This document shows positions 1 to 9,849 of a stretch of 47,167 nucleotides of DNA, piece after piece; within the stretch, counting starts at the first letter, position 1, and every line of letters starts with the position of its first letter. The notes beneath the pieces are model-generated. The model saw nothing but the letters and a program-made list of their open reading frames with translations, ran no database searches and was not told the origin of the DNA. Source of the DNA: an uncultured Pseudomonadota bacterium. GTDB lineage: Bacteria; Babelota; Babeliae; Babelales; UASB340. The stretch is from the NCBI GenBank assembly GCA_964453985.1, contig CAYVQB010000006.1:1-47167 (forward strand), written 5' to 3'. The translations under genes were made by a program, and so were the position numbers.

Positions 1-476
1 CCGGCTTTGTGATCAACCATATAGGCATGTTCCCAGACATCCATAGCAAGAATTGGAACAAAACCTGCTATATTGCCATCTTGATGTTGGGCAACAAAGC
101 AATTAATTAAGTCTCCAGTTTTAGGGTCTTTATATAGTATTGCCCAGCCTATGCCTCTGGTTTTGCCTGTATTAATAAAGTCTTGTAGCCAGTTATCGTA
201 AGATCCCCATTGTTTTTCTATTGCGGTATAAAGTGGGCCAGATTCCAATTTTTCTGTGCCATTCTTTAAGTTGCCAAAATAGCATTCATGTAAAACCATA
301 CCATTATATTCAAAGCCATATCTTCTGCGTTTATCAGATTGATTAGGTTCTTCATTTAGTTTGTTAACTTGGTTTACATAGCCAACATATAGATTCCAGT
401 GATCATTGATTTGTTCGTCTGAAATTCCTGTTAGACCTGATGGCTTTAGTTGTTCTTGAACTTCATATTTAAACAT
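1..476 (-). CDS. Fe/Mn-family superoxide dismutase; N-terminus complete, 3' end cut by window edge
   Basis: Not in the ORF track because it runs off the window. My own reverse-strand translation from the ATG at 476-474 gives MFKYEVQEQLKPSGLTGISDEQINDHWNLYVGYVNQVN...NGMVLHECYFGNL...GWAILY...FVPILAMDVWEHAYMVDHKAG. This carries the D-x-WEHAY C-terminal metal-ligand motif of Fe/Mn SODs. Confidence 0.8.
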   Translation of the reverse strand, partial: MFKYEVQEQLKPSGLTGISDEQINDHWNLYVGYVNQVNKLNEEPNQSDKRRRYGFEYNGMVLHECYFGNLKNGTEKLESGPLYTAIEKQWGSYDNWLQDFINTGKTRGIGWAILYKDPKTGDLINCFVAQHQDGNIAGFVPILAMDVWEHAYMVDHKA

Positions 477-488
477 AACTTTTACTTT

Positions 489-1109
489 CTATTTTATTAG
501 AGCTCTAAAATACTCAGCTTCCTTTGCAGGATCATCAGCATCTGTAATAACAGAACCAAGAGCAATTCCTTGGGGCTTTAGTTCCAGTACTTTTGATATA
601 TTTGTTTTATTTATACCACCGGCTATAAATAGTGGCAAGCTAGTGTTACCTCTTACATATTGCCAATCAGCAAGGCTATCATTCAGTCTGTTTGGAGCGA
701 TAGGTTTGTGACAAAGTATTAAATCTACACCCAATGTTTTAGCGTCCATTACTGATTGTCCTGGTGAATATGCATCAACAAGGTCAAGTGCTACTTTAGA
801 TTTATTTGAATGTGCTGTTTGTGCTGCGGTCCTTATTATATCATTATTTGTACCAGCTAAAACAGAAATGTAATCGGCTCCGGCTTGAGAAAAAATTTCT
901 ACAGCCTCTCTTGGTCTGTCTACTATTTTTGCGTCAGCAAAGATTATTTTATCAGGAAATTTATCTTTAAATCTTTCAACTGCTGTGACTCCGGATTTAT
1001 AAATTAGTATGGTGCCTACTTCTAAGATATCAACAAAAGGTGCAACCTTTTGTGCAACTTCAAGTGCTTTTTCTAGGTCTGTAAAATCAAAGGATATTTG
1101 GAACTTCAT
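489..1109 (-). CDS. 3-hexulose-6-phosphate synthase-like enzyme (OMP-decarboxylase fold, HPS/KGPDC family)
   Basis: 206 aa. The pattern MKFQISFDF..LEKALEVA..VAPFVDILEVGT...FADAKIVD...AGADYISV...FIAGGI matches the HPS / 3-keto-L-gulonate-6-P decarboxylase family. Confidence 0.65.
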   Translation of the reverse strand: MKFQISFDFTDLEKALEVAQKVAPFVDILEVGTILIYKSGVTAVERFKDKFPDKIIFADAKIVDRPREAVEIFSQAGADYISVLAGTNNDIIRTAAQTAHSNKSKVALDLVDAYSPGQSVMDAKTLGVDLILCHKPIAPNRLNDSLADWQYVRGNTSLPLFIAGGINKTNISKVLELKPQGIALGSVITDADDPAKEAEYFRALIK

Positions 1110-1212
1110 TTTCTACTCCTGTGGCTATTAAATGGGTTGACACAATTTGTATTCTGGGCAAACTTTAATTTCGTTTGTCCCTAATAGAGTTAATAAAAAT
1201 TGTCTTGAGTTT

Positions 1213-2658
1213 ATGAAGAATATAATAAATAAAATTAAAACGTCTGATAAGAAAAGAATCTTAGTTGTTGGTGATATAATGTTGGACGAATATATTTTCG
1301 GAGATGTTACACGTATATCGCCAGAGGCACCTGTTCCTGTTATAAGGGAACAAAAGCGGGAATGGAGTCTTGGCGGTGCTGCCAACGTTGCTTTGAACTG
1401 TAAGCAAATCGGTTGCAATATAGATTTAGTCGGCATAATAAATAAAACTGATAGGGCATCGCAAAATTTAATTGAGATATTAAAGAAAAACAGAATTTCT
1501 GAGAGTAACTTAGTAAAAAGTGATGAGCGGGTAACTACTTGTAAAAGAAGAGTTATGTCTGGAGATCAACAGCTTTTAAGAATAGACACAGAGGATAATA
1601 ATAGCTTATCCGAAACAGAATACAAAAAGTTAATACAAAAAATTGATAAACTTATTTTACCTAATACAATAATTCTAGCTTCAGATTATGCAAAAGGGGT
1701 TTTGACCAAAGATCTTTTGTCGGAAATTATTTTTATGGCAAAAGAACGAAATTGTAAAATTTTGCTAGATCCTAAAGGCCCTGATTTTAATAAATATAAG
1801 GGTATCAACTATTTAAAGCCTAATTACAAAGAATATTGTCAGATTTTAGATTTTTACGGATTATCAAGACAGGATTCTGTAATTAAAAACGGCAAAAAAT
1901 TGTGTAACGTATTATCCCTAGATGGTTTAGTTGTTACGATGGGGGAAAAGGGTATCCAATTTGTTTCTTCTTATGAGGATTTCTTTATTCCTGCTTGCAA
2001 AAGAGAAGTCTTTGATTTAACTGGTGCCGGAGACACCGTTCTTGCTTTTTTATCTTTGGGCCTATCTGTTGATTTGCCAATAAAACAATGCTTAAAGCTT
2101 GCCAATCATGCAGCAGCCGTGGCTGTATCCCATCTAAAAACCTATGCCGTATCTTTAGATGAACTTATTGATAAAAGTGTAGATTTAACAGAAAAGATTT
2201 TTACTGAATGGGCCATGCTCAAGATAGAATTAGATTGGTTAAGGCTTGAGAATAAAAAAATAGTTTTTACTAATGGTTGTTTTGATATTCTACATTTGGG
2301 ACATATTCATGTTTTAAACGAAGCAAGGAAGCTTGGTGATATTCTTGTTGTTGCCATTAATACAGATGCTTCTGTGAAGAGATTTAAGGGTGATAGCCGG
2401 CCTATAAAAACAGAGGTTGAGCGTACAAAGATTATGGCGGCTTTTGGTAAAGTTGATTTTGTAGTTATGTTTGATCAAGATACGCCAAAAGAGTTGATAG
2501 AGTATTTAAGGCCGGATGTTTTAGTTAAGGGTGGAGATTATAAAAAAGAAAACATTGCAGGCCATGACTTTATGATTCAAAATGGCGGCTCTGTTGAAGT
2601 TGTGACTTTTAAAGATGGCTTTTCTTCTACTAATTTGATTAAGCAAATGCAGGGGTAA
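1213..2658 (+). CDS. hldE: bifunctional D-beta-D-heptose 7-phosphate kinase / heptose 1-phosphate adenylyltransferase
   Basis: N-terminal PfkB-type sugar kinase (ILVVGDIMLDEY, DLTGAGDT) fused to a cytidylyltransferase domain (FTNGCFDILHLGHIHVLNEA). Start moved to the ATG at 1213 (MKNIINK); the track ORF begins at an upstream non-ATG codon. Confidence 0.9.
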   Translation: MKNIINKIKTSDKKRILVVGDIMLDEYIFGDVTRISPEAPVPVIREQKREWSLGGAANVALNCKQIGCNIDLVGIINKTDRASQNLIEILKKNRISESNLVKSDERVTTCKRRVMSGDQQLLRIDTEDNNSLSETEYKKLIQKIDKLILPNTIILASDYAKGVLTKDLLSEIIFMAKERNCKILLDPKGPDFNKYKGINYLKPNYKEYCQILDFYGLSRQDSVIKNGKKLCNVLSLDGLVVTMGEKGIQFVSSYEDFFIPACKREVFDLTGAGDTVLAFLSLGLSVDLPIKQCLKLANHAAAVAVSHLKTYAVSLDELIDKSVDLTEKIFTEWAMLKIELDWLRLENKKIVFTNGCFDILHLGHIHVLNEARKLGDILVVAINTDASVKRFKGDSRPIKTEVERTKIMAAFGKVDFVVMFDQDTPKELIEYLRPDVLVKGGDYKKENIAGHDFMIQNGGSVEVVTFKDGFSSTNLIKQMQG

Positions 2659-3426
2659 TTACAAATTAGCGATCATCTTTTGATAAATAATTTCGCTGAT
2701 CTTTTTCTCCATATACTTTATAGATTCAAAGTATAAATTCGTATTAAGACTGTTAAGTAGAATTTTATTGTTGCCAGATATGCCTAAAGCGTAGATATTG
2801 TCTGGCAATATAATATGCTTGCTGTCGTTAGAAATAAAATCGCCAAGTGTTACAAAAACGTTTTTAGGTTTGGTAAGCAACATAGTTGTTAATGGACTTA
2901 CAATTCTATTTGCAGGGACTTTATCTTCACTAACATGCCAAAAGAATTGCTTGTTTTTGTCTTGTTTCTTTTCAAAAAGATAGATCTTAGTAGGTACATT
3001 TAGCATATATTTTTGGTGCGAGACAGTGTTGCCTCTTGCTCTTACAAGCTCGACACTTGGTGTGATAGCCAAATATAATTTAGGAGCTTCATGCCTTAAA
3101 GGGAATGAGATAAGGCCTTTATTGCTTGAATAGTCGATATAGCCAGCATAAAGAGCAATAAATCCGCCAAGATTAGGTGTCATATATCTTTTAAGTTCGT
3201 TTTTGAGTATTTTTTGGCTCATTTGGGCGGGGGTTTTGCTGCTCAAATAGACTATTTTTTTAGTTTTCAACTCTTTTACGTATTCAGCTTCGGCTGAATT
3301 AATTGCCCCTTCTGGTGCGTTATTTAGATATATTATAATCCTGTTATCAGCCCTTAATTGAGTTGAATTAGCTATAAAAAGGGTGATAAATAGTAAAAAA
3401 TTTAGTATCATTCTAGATATATTCAT
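2659..3426 (-). CDS. hypothetical secreted protein (N-terminal signal peptide), no family recognised
   Basis: 255-aa ORF with a hydrophobic leader MNISRMILNFLLFITLFIANS. Its stop codon abuts the hldE stop (TAA|TTA, zero spacing). Confidence 0.55.
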   Translation of the reverse strand: MNISRMILNFLLFITLFIANSTQLRADNRIIIYLNNAPEGAINSAEAEYVKELKTKKIVYLSSKTPAQMSQKILKNELKRYMTPNLGGFIALYAGYIDYSSNKGLISFPLRHEAPKLYLAITPSVELVRARGNTVSHQKYMLNVPTKIYLFEKKQDKNKQFFWHVSEDKVPANRIVSPLTTMLLTKPKNVFVTLGDFISNDSKHIILPDNIYALGISGNNKILLNSLNTNLYFESIKYMEKKISEIIYQKMIANL

Positions 3427-3529
3427 AATATTAGCCTTTGTTTTATTGAAGAAAAACTTTTATTATTAGTTACAACTTAGCAAAAATAGTGTTTGAAAAT
3501 CTATATTTTGAATTTTAGGGATTTTTAGT

Positions 3530-4168
3530 ATGAAAAAAATTAGAGAAAAAGCTCCGGAAAAAGTGTGGGTAGATTTCGCAAGAGATCAAAAAATATCGAA
3601 CGTTCAGCTTGAGAAGTTCCAAGCTTATGAAAAGCTGCTTTCTGAATGGAATCAGAACATTAATCTAACTGCTATTAAAGATTTAAGTGGCATAGTTAGA
3701 CAGCATTTTGTAGATTCTATTGTTTTGAGAGATTTTGTTGACTTAAACAAAACAAAACTAATTGTTGATATTGGTAGTGGCGCAGGGTTTCCTGGTATAC
3801 CGTTAAAGATTTTATATCCTAACTTGCAAGTTATTTTAATTGAGGTTAGTAAAAAGAAACAAAACTTCTTAGAAGCTGTTATTGACGAACTAGAACTGGA
3901 AAATATAGAAGTTTGTGGTATGGACTGGCGAACATTCTTGAGAACTACTAACGCTGAGGTTGATTTTTTTATTACGCGCGCTGCAATAGATGAGGCTGAG
4001 CTTTGTCGAATGTTTAAGCCTGGTTGCACATATAAAAATGCAGGTCTTATTTATTGGGTTACCGATGAATGGCAGCCAAACCCTAAATTTGAAGGTTTAA
4101 TTAAAGAGTATAAAGCTTATAAACTAGGTAAAAAACGAAGACGCCTAGCTTTCTTTAAATTAGATTAG
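3530..4168 (+). CDS. rsmG: 16S rRNA (guanine527-N7)-methyltransferase RsmG/GidB
   Basis: SAM-binding motif DIGSGAGFPGIPLKI. Length and overall pattern are typical of GidB. Confidence 0.9.
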   Translation: MKKIREKAPEKVWVDFARDQKISNVQLEKFQAYEKLLSEWNQNINLTAIKDLSGIVRQHFVDSIVLRDFVDLNKTKLIVDIGSGAGFPGIPLKILYPNLQVILIEVSKKKQNFLEAVIDELELENIEVCGMDWRTFLRTTNAEVDFFITRAAIDEAELCRMFKPGCTYKNAGLIYWVTDEWQPNPKFEGLIKEYKAYKLGKKRRRLAFFKLD

Positions 4169-4187
4169 AAGAGTAAAATATTTCGTA

Positions 4188-4218
4188 AATAGCACAGAGC
4201 TTATGTTTCTGTGCTATT
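4188..4218. terminator. bidirectional hairpin between convergent rsmG and efflux permease; carries the TAGCACAGAGC core
   Basis: AATAGCACAGA / TCTGTGCTATT form a perfect 11-bp stem with a 9-nt loop. The 11-mer TAGCACAGAGC recurs at 16967. Confidence 0.6.
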
Positions 4219-4234
4219 TCTAACTTTATATATC

Positions 4235-5461
4235 CTATTTATCAACCAGAGCGTCAACTGGATTTAGAGCGGCAGCTTTTCTTGCAGGGTAGAATCCAAA
4301 AAATAAGCCGATTAGAACGCACGCAGATAGTGAAATTACTATAGAGTTTGCCGATACGGAGATCGGCCAGCCTAGCGCAAGGCTGACTGCCTGAGCTACA
4401 AGGACTCCAAGTATTACTCCAGCAATTCCGCCAAGAAGACAAATTACGACGGCTTCTAACATGAATTGAAGTAAGATTGTTTGGGTTGTAGCACCTAGTG
4501 CCATTCTAATTCCAATTTCTTTTGTTCGTTCCGCGACAGTAACAAGCATAATATTCATGATGCCTATTCCGCCGACAATTAATGAGATAGAGGCTATTAT
4601 AAATAATAAAATATTAAGAACTTGGGTTGCTGCGTCAGAAGCTTTTGATATATCATCTTGTGTAAAAATAGTGAAATCATTTTCGTCTGAATGTTTAAGT
4701 TTGTGTTGTTGCCTCAGAATTGCTTCAATTTCAATAGCTGCTTGGTCCATACGGTCTTTATGTTTAGCAGATATAATAATTGCAGCAAAATTACCAGTTT
4801 GAATACCCATTAATTTTTTTTGTGCTGTTGTATATGGTATAAAAATTGCATCATCTTCATCTCTTCCGTCGGGAGTTTTTCCACGTTCAGACAAAACACC
4901 AAGAACTTTAAACGGAATTTTTTTAATACGTATAGTTTTGCCTATTGGATCAGTATTGCCAAAAAGTTCTTTTAATACTGTCTGACCAATAACCGCTACT
5001 TTTTTACTGCCTTTTTCGTCTTGATCAGTAAAATAAGAACCTTGAGTCAGGTCCCATTGTCTTATTTTGGTATAATTAGCGCCTACGCCGCTAATCATGC
5101 ATTGCCAGTTTTTACCCTCATATATTGCTTTGCCCGTTTTTATTATTCCGGGGGAAGCTTCAGCAATTTCATCACATTCTTCTAGTATGGCTTGTAGGTC
5201 TGTTTTTTTCAGCGTTAAGTTTGCTCCTCCGCCACCTTTATTATTTATAAGTTTTTTTGGTGTGCCGGCAAGGACGATTATAAAATTTGTGCCTATACTT
5301 TCGATTTTCTGTTTGATTTTATATTTTGCGCCATGGCCTATAGACATCACAGCGATTATAGAAACGATACCGACAATGATGCCAAGTGTTGTTAATAAAG
5401 ATCTTAATTTATGTTTTTTTAACGATCTTAAAGATGTAAGAAGCAGTCTGTAACTATTCAT
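4235..5461 (-). CDS. MacB/DevC-type (FtsX-fold) ABC efflux permease, copy 1 (no fused ATPase)
   Basis: 408 aa. N-terminal TM helix, large periplasmic domain, then a C-terminal three-TM FtsX-like block containing ERTKEIGIRMALGA. Confidence 0.85.
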   Translation of the reverse strand: MNSYRLLLTSLRSLKKHKLRSLLTTLGIIVGIVSIIAVMSIGHGAKYKIKQKIESIGTNFIIVLAGTPKKLINNKGGGGANLTLKKTDLQAILEECDEIAEASPGIIKTGKAIYEGKNWQCMISGVGANYTKIRQWDLTQGSYFTDQDEKGSKKVAVIGQTVLKELFGNTDPIGKTIRIKKIPFKVLGVLSERGKTPDGRDEDDAIFIPYTTAQKKLMGIQTGNFAAIIISAKHKDRMDQAAIEIEAILRQQHKLKHSDENDFTIFTQDDISKASDAATQVLNILLFIIASISLIVGGIGIMNIMLVTVAERTKEIGIRMALGATTQTILLQFMLEAVVICLLGGIAGVILGVLVAQAVSLALGWPISVSANSIVISLSACVLIGLFFGFYPARKAAALNPVDALVDK

Positions 5462-5476
5462 ATCTAAATTTCTTAA

Positions 5477-6160
5477 TTATATGGTTTTGTCAGATTTTAT
5501 TTTACCATCTACCAATTCTAGAATTCTTTTTGTTTGATGTGCTATTTCATGTTCGTGTGTAACAATAATTATAGTCATTTGATTCTTAGTGTTTAGTGTT
5601 TTAAATAGCTCTAAAATTGTATTTCCTGTATTGCTGTCTAAATTTCCTGTGGGCTCGTCTGCTAGAATTATTGCAGGATTATTTATTAATGATCTGGCAA
5701 TAGCAACACGTTGTTGTTGCCCTCCTGATAGTTGGTATGGAAAATGGTCAGCGCGCTCTTGCAGCCCTACTAGCTCTAGTAATGAATTAGCTTTTTGTCG
5801 AGCATCTTTTTCTGTGTCGCCTGCATATAGTCCTGGTAAAGCAACATTGTCAGTTGCTGTTAAATCAGGTAATAAGTGGAACTTTTGGAAAACAAAACCG
5901 ATTTTTTGGTTTCTAATTCTTGCTAACTCGTTCTTTGTCATTTTTGCAACGTTTTTATCTTCTATTAGATATTGACCAGACGTTGGAATATCAAGGCAAC
6001 CAAGAAGGTGCATAAGTGTTGATTTGCCAGAACCCGAGGTTCCTGTGATGGCAACGAATTCTCCTTTATCTATAGAAAAACTTACATCGTTTAAAGCTTT
6101 TACTTTGGTTTGTCCCATACAATAAGTTTTTACTAGATTTATAGCTTGTAGAAGAGCCAT
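5477..6160 (-). CDS. ABC transporter ATP-binding protein (MacB-NBD/LolD-like)
   Basis: Walker [10 protein letters not shown], signature [15 protein letters not shown], Walker [12 protein letters not shown]. Its start overlaps the upstream stop (TAATG). Confidence 0.9.
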   Translation of the reverse strand: MALLQAINLVKTYCMGQTKVKALNDVSFSIDKGEFVAITGTSGSGKSTLMHLLGCLDIPTSGQYLIEDKNVAKMTKNELARIRNQKIGFVFQKFHLLPDLTATDNVALPGLYAGDTEKDARQKANSLLELVGLQERADHFPYQLSGGQQQRVAIARSLINNPAIILADEPTGNLDSNTGNTILELFKTLNTKNQMTIIIVTHEHEIAHQTKRILELVDGKIKSDKTI

Positions 6161-7356
6161 TATTTCTTACCTATTCCGCCGCCGGCGCCTGCAAAAAATT
6201 GTTTCAAAAAGTCCGAATCTCTTTTTAGATCTGTTAGTTCTGTTAAAATATTAGAGTTGTCATCGATTTTGCCAATGATCTGAGTAAATGCACCTTCTCG
6301 AACTCCTAGCTCGACTTCTATTTGCTTAAAGGTATTTCCATTTTCAACAATCCAAACATTATCTAGCTCTGTGGTTGCATCTGTTCCAGGAATTCTTTCA
6401 AATTGGAATTCGATCTTTTTGGCAAGACCTTCAAGTAAAACACTATTTATTCTTAATGATTTGTTATGTACTATTAGGCCATTCTTGCATTCTGCAACTT
6501 TTATATTAACATCTGTTGTCATGCCTGGCCTGAGCTTTAAAACAGGATTGGCTATATTTATGATTGTTGCATAAGTTACAACATTATCGACTATTTTAGC
6601 CAGGTAACGTATTTGTGCTACTTTGGCATAAAATTTGTCTTTAGGGAAAGCATCTACTGTAAAGAATGCTTCCTGGCCTTCTTTTACAAGCCCAACATCA
6701 GCTTCGTCTACATTTACGCTAGCTTCCATTTTGGTTAAATCTTTTGCGATCATAAAAAGAACCGTTGCTTGCAGTCTTGCTGTGACCATTTGTCCCAGGT
6801 CTATTTCTTTTGCAATAATTATTCCGTCTCGTGGTGATTTAATGAATAGATTATTATAGAAGTTTTTTTGAACTTGAAGTTCTGCTTCTGTTTGTTTAAC
6901 TTTTGCTATGACAACGTCTAAATCTCTTGTGTACTGTTCATATAAATTTTTTGATATTTGGTTTGATTCATATAATTGTTTTTGTCTAGCAAAGAACTTT
7001 TCCTGGTATTCGACAATTGCTTTTGCTTCATCAAGTGCTGCCTCAAGTTTTTTTACGTTGCTGTCGCCGACTCCATTATCTAATATCGCAAGTACTTGAT
7101 TTTCTTTAACGGGATCATTGTTGTCAGATAAAATCTCAATTACTTTACCTGCTTCCAAACTGCCTATGGTTATTTGTTTTTTGGCTTTCAGCGTTCCTGA
7201 CGAGTTCACATATTGTACAAGGTCTTTACGTAAAGGTTTTTCTGTTCGGAACGGTGGTTTAGGCTTTTTTTGGGTTTTTTTAAATATAAAATAAGTTCCT
7301 GTGCCTATTATTATAACGATAGATATTATTGTGATTATATTTTTTTTATTAAACAT
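6160..7356 (-). CDS. HlyD/MacA-family periplasmic adaptor (membrane fusion protein), copy 1
   Basis: 398 aa. N-terminal TM anchor, coiled-coil hairpin region, lipoyl/beta-barrel-like segments. Paralogue of 8631-9833. Confidence 0.8.
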   Translation of the reverse strand: MFNKKNIITIISIVIIIGTGTYFIFKKTQKKPKPPFRTEKPLRKDLVQYVNSSGTLKAKKQITIGSLEAGKVIEILSDNNDPVKENQVLAILDNGVGDSNVKKLEAALDEAKAIVEYQEKFFARQKQLYESNQISKNLYEQYTRDLDVVIAKVKQTEAELQVQKNFYNNLFIKSPRDGIIIAKEIDLGQMVTARLQATVLFMIAKDLTKMEASVNVDEADVGLVKEGQEAFFTVDAFPKDKFYAKVAQIRYLAKIVDNVVTYATIINIANPVLKLRPGMTTDVNIKVAECKNGLIVHNKSLRINSVLLEGLAKKIEFQFERIPGTDATTELDNVWIVENGNTFKQIEVELGVREGAFTQIIGKIDDNSNILTELTDLKRDSDFLKQFFAGAGGGIGKK

Positions 7357-7407
7357 TTTTATCCTGTAAATTTTTTAGTTTTTCATACAAACTAAAATTA
7401 TATTATC

Positions 7408-8634
7408 TTAAATATCTTGTAAAGCTTCGACTGGATTCAAGTCAGAGGCTTTTTTTGCCGGATAAAATCCAAAAGCTAAGCCTACCAGCGTTGTAATAAG
7501 AAAAGCAATGAAAATTGAGGACAATTTTATTACAACAATCCAGCCTGTAAATATGCTTACTATATATGGAATAATTATTCCAATAACTATTCCAATAATT
7601 CCTCCCACGATACATAAAGTTATAGATTCAAAAATAAACTGTCTAAGAATAATTTGTGTTGTAGCCCCGAGTGCCATACGTAGGCCTATCTCTTTTGTTC
7701 TTTCTGAAACAGAAACTAGCATAATATTCATTACGCCTATGCCGCCTACAAGTAGTGAAATTGATGCGATAATCAATAGCAATAGATTTAAAACTCCAGA
7801 AGAACCCTTGGCTGCTTTTACCATTGCTTGCTGGTCATATATAGTGAAGTCATCGGGTTCATTTTCTTCCAGTCTATGTCTGAAGCGAAGAATTTTTTTT
7901 ATTTTTTTTACAAGAGTTGCCATGTCTTGCATATTCTTTGCTGATATTGCTATACCGTGCAGCGCTGGATCTGTTGTGTGTAAAAGATATTTTTTTGCTG
8001 TTGTTATTGGCATAAAGTTATCTAAGTTGGGGTCAGAGATTCCCATATAATTTTTTATTTTCTTAAGAACCCCGGTTACGGTAAAGATAATCTTGTTGAT
8101 ACTAATAGGTTGTCCTATTGGGTTTTGGTAACCGAAAAGTTCTTGGGCCGTTCTTGATCCTAAAATTATTACTTTTTTGTTTTTTAATAATGTTTGTTGG
8201 CTGAAAAATTTACCCTTACCTATTTTTCTTTCTACAACGTCAAGATATTCCTGGTTGCCGCATTTGATTTCAGCGAGGACATTATTTGCATGATAGCTAA
8301 TCAATTGTCGTGTAAACATGACGGGCGTTATATATTTTATTTGCGGACATTGGTTTTTGAAGACTTGAATGTCTGTTTCTGTTAGTTTTCCTGGGGGACG
8401 CCGATTTGTTAAAGTTGTTTTTCCTTCGCTAGCGCTGCTAGCATTTATAAAGATAAAATTATTACCCATAGCAAGAATGCGTTTTCTAAGTTTTGCTTCT
8501 GCTCCATATCCTATTGCAAGAGTAGATATTATAGCCCCTATTCCTACAACTATTCCAAGGATTGTTAGAAACGAGCGACCTTTATGTTTGATCAGACTAT
8601 TTAACGATATTTTTAGTAATAATTTTATATTCAA
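7408..8634 (-). CDS. MacB/DevC-type (FtsX-fold) ABC efflux permease, copy 2 (TTG start)
   Basis: 408 aa, colinear with 4235-5461 (ERTKEIGLRMALGA). The first codon is TTG and overlaps the upstream stop (TTGA). Confidence 0.85.
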   Translation of the reverse strand: MNIKLLLKISLNSLIKHKGRSFLTILGIVVGIGAIISTLAIGYGAEAKLRKRILAMGNNFIFINASSASEGKTTLTNRRPPGKLTETDIQVFKNQCPQIKYITPVMFTRQLISYHANNVLAEIKCGNQEYLDVVERKIGKGKFFSQQTLLKNKKVIILGSRTAQELFGYQNPIGQPISINKIIFTVTGVLKKIKNYMGISDPNLDNFMPITTAKKYLLHTTDPALHGIAISAKNMQDMATLVKKIKKILRFRHRLEENEPDDFTIYDQQAMVKAAKGSSGVLNLLLLIIASISLLVGGIGVMNIMLVSVSERTKEIGLRMALGATTQIILRQFIFESITLCIVGGIIGIVIGIIIPYIVSIFTGWIVVIKLSSIFIAFLITTLVGLAFGFYPAKKASDLNPVEALQDI

Positions 8635-9833
8635 AAATTACCTTTAAACATTTTTTTGTATAAATTTTCCATTTCATCAGTTTCTTCAATATCAATTATT
8701 ACTTTATCTTTTTCGCTCAAACCATTTATAACTTCGTAATAATTGTCGTTATTGGTTTTTGTTTGCATTGCTTTTTCAATAAAGTTATTACCATCGACTA
8801 CCCAGATATATTTGACTGAATGATCACCCGTATTGCTTTTCTTTAGAGCTTTCTTTTTGGTTCGTTCTAGTGGGGTTATATTTGCGTTTAGTGTTTTGGC
8901 TAGATTTTTCATTGAGTTGCTTGTTATCTGAAAAGCTTGGCTGGAAATAGAAAGACAGCCTATGCACTTGGCGATATTAATTTTTGCATTTATTGTCATT
9001 CCGGGCCTTAATAACTGGTGATTGTTATCAATATTTATCGATGCTTTATAAGAAAGTATTCCGTGCTTGATTCTTGGTGAGTAGCTAATATTATTAATTT
9101 TACCCTTAAATACTCTGTCTAAGTAGGCACCTACTGTAAAGCGGACATGTTGTCCCTCTTTTACTTGTCCGATGTCGCTTTCATCAATGTCTAAATCTGC
9201 TTCCATTTGTGTTACATTGTCTGCTATTTGAAATAATACTGTTGCATCAAGATCGGTTGTAATCTTTTGTCCCTTAGTTATTCCTACAGATATGACAATG
9301 CCATCATCAGGAGCCAATATTTTTGTATTATTATACTCTATGGTCTGTTTTTCTAGTTCTGCTTCGTTCATTATTAGATCTGCGCGTAACTTTACCAGGT
9401 CTCTTGTTACTTTTTGGAAAAAATCTTGTGATACTTGGTTGCTTTCAAAAAGAGCTTTTTGACGAGCATAATATTGTTGTTCGTATGTAATCTCTGCTTT
9501 GGTTCTATCTACAGCCCCTTGAGCTTTCCTTACATCGGTATCGCTTTTACCATTATCGATTAGGGTCAATAGTTGACCTCGCGTAACTTTGTCATTCTCT
9601 TTAACAAAAATTTTAAGTATTGTTCCGGCGACCAGACTGCCGACTTTTATATTATCTTTGACTTGTAATAGCCCTGATGCATTAATTATTTGATAGAGGT
9701 CTCTTTTTTGTGGATATTCTGTTTGATAAAATCTTTTAGGAGCTGTTTTTATGAATTTTTTATAGATGATTGTGCTTATAAAAACAAGTATGATCACACC
9801 TGATAAAAGTGTGATGAATCGTTTTATATTCAT
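8631..9833 (-). CDS. HlyD/MacA-family periplasmic adaptor, copy 2
   Basis: 400 aa with the same architecture as 6160-7356 (for example LRPGMT..N..I near the C-terminal barrel). Confidence 0.8.
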   Translation of the reverse strand: MNIKRFITLLSGVIILVFISTIIYKKFIKTAPKRFYQTEYPQKRDLYQIINASGLLQVKDNIKVGSLVAGTILKIFVKENDKVTRGQLLTLIDNGKSDTDVRKAQGAVDRTKAEITYEQQYYARQKALFESNQVSQDFFQKVTRDLVKLRADLIMNEAELEKQTIEYNNTKILAPDDGIVISVGITKGQKITTDLDATVLFQIADNVTQMEADLDIDESDIGQVKEGQHVRFTVGAYLDRVFKGKINNISYSPRIKHGILSYKASINIDNNHQLLRPGMTINAKINIAKCIGCLSISSQAFQITSNSMKNLAKTLNANITPLERTKKKALKKSNTGDHSVKYIWVVDGNNFIEKAMQTKTNNDNYYEVINGLSEKDKVIIDIEETDEMENLYKKMFKGNF

Positions 9834-9849
9834 ACTACTCCAGTTAGCT

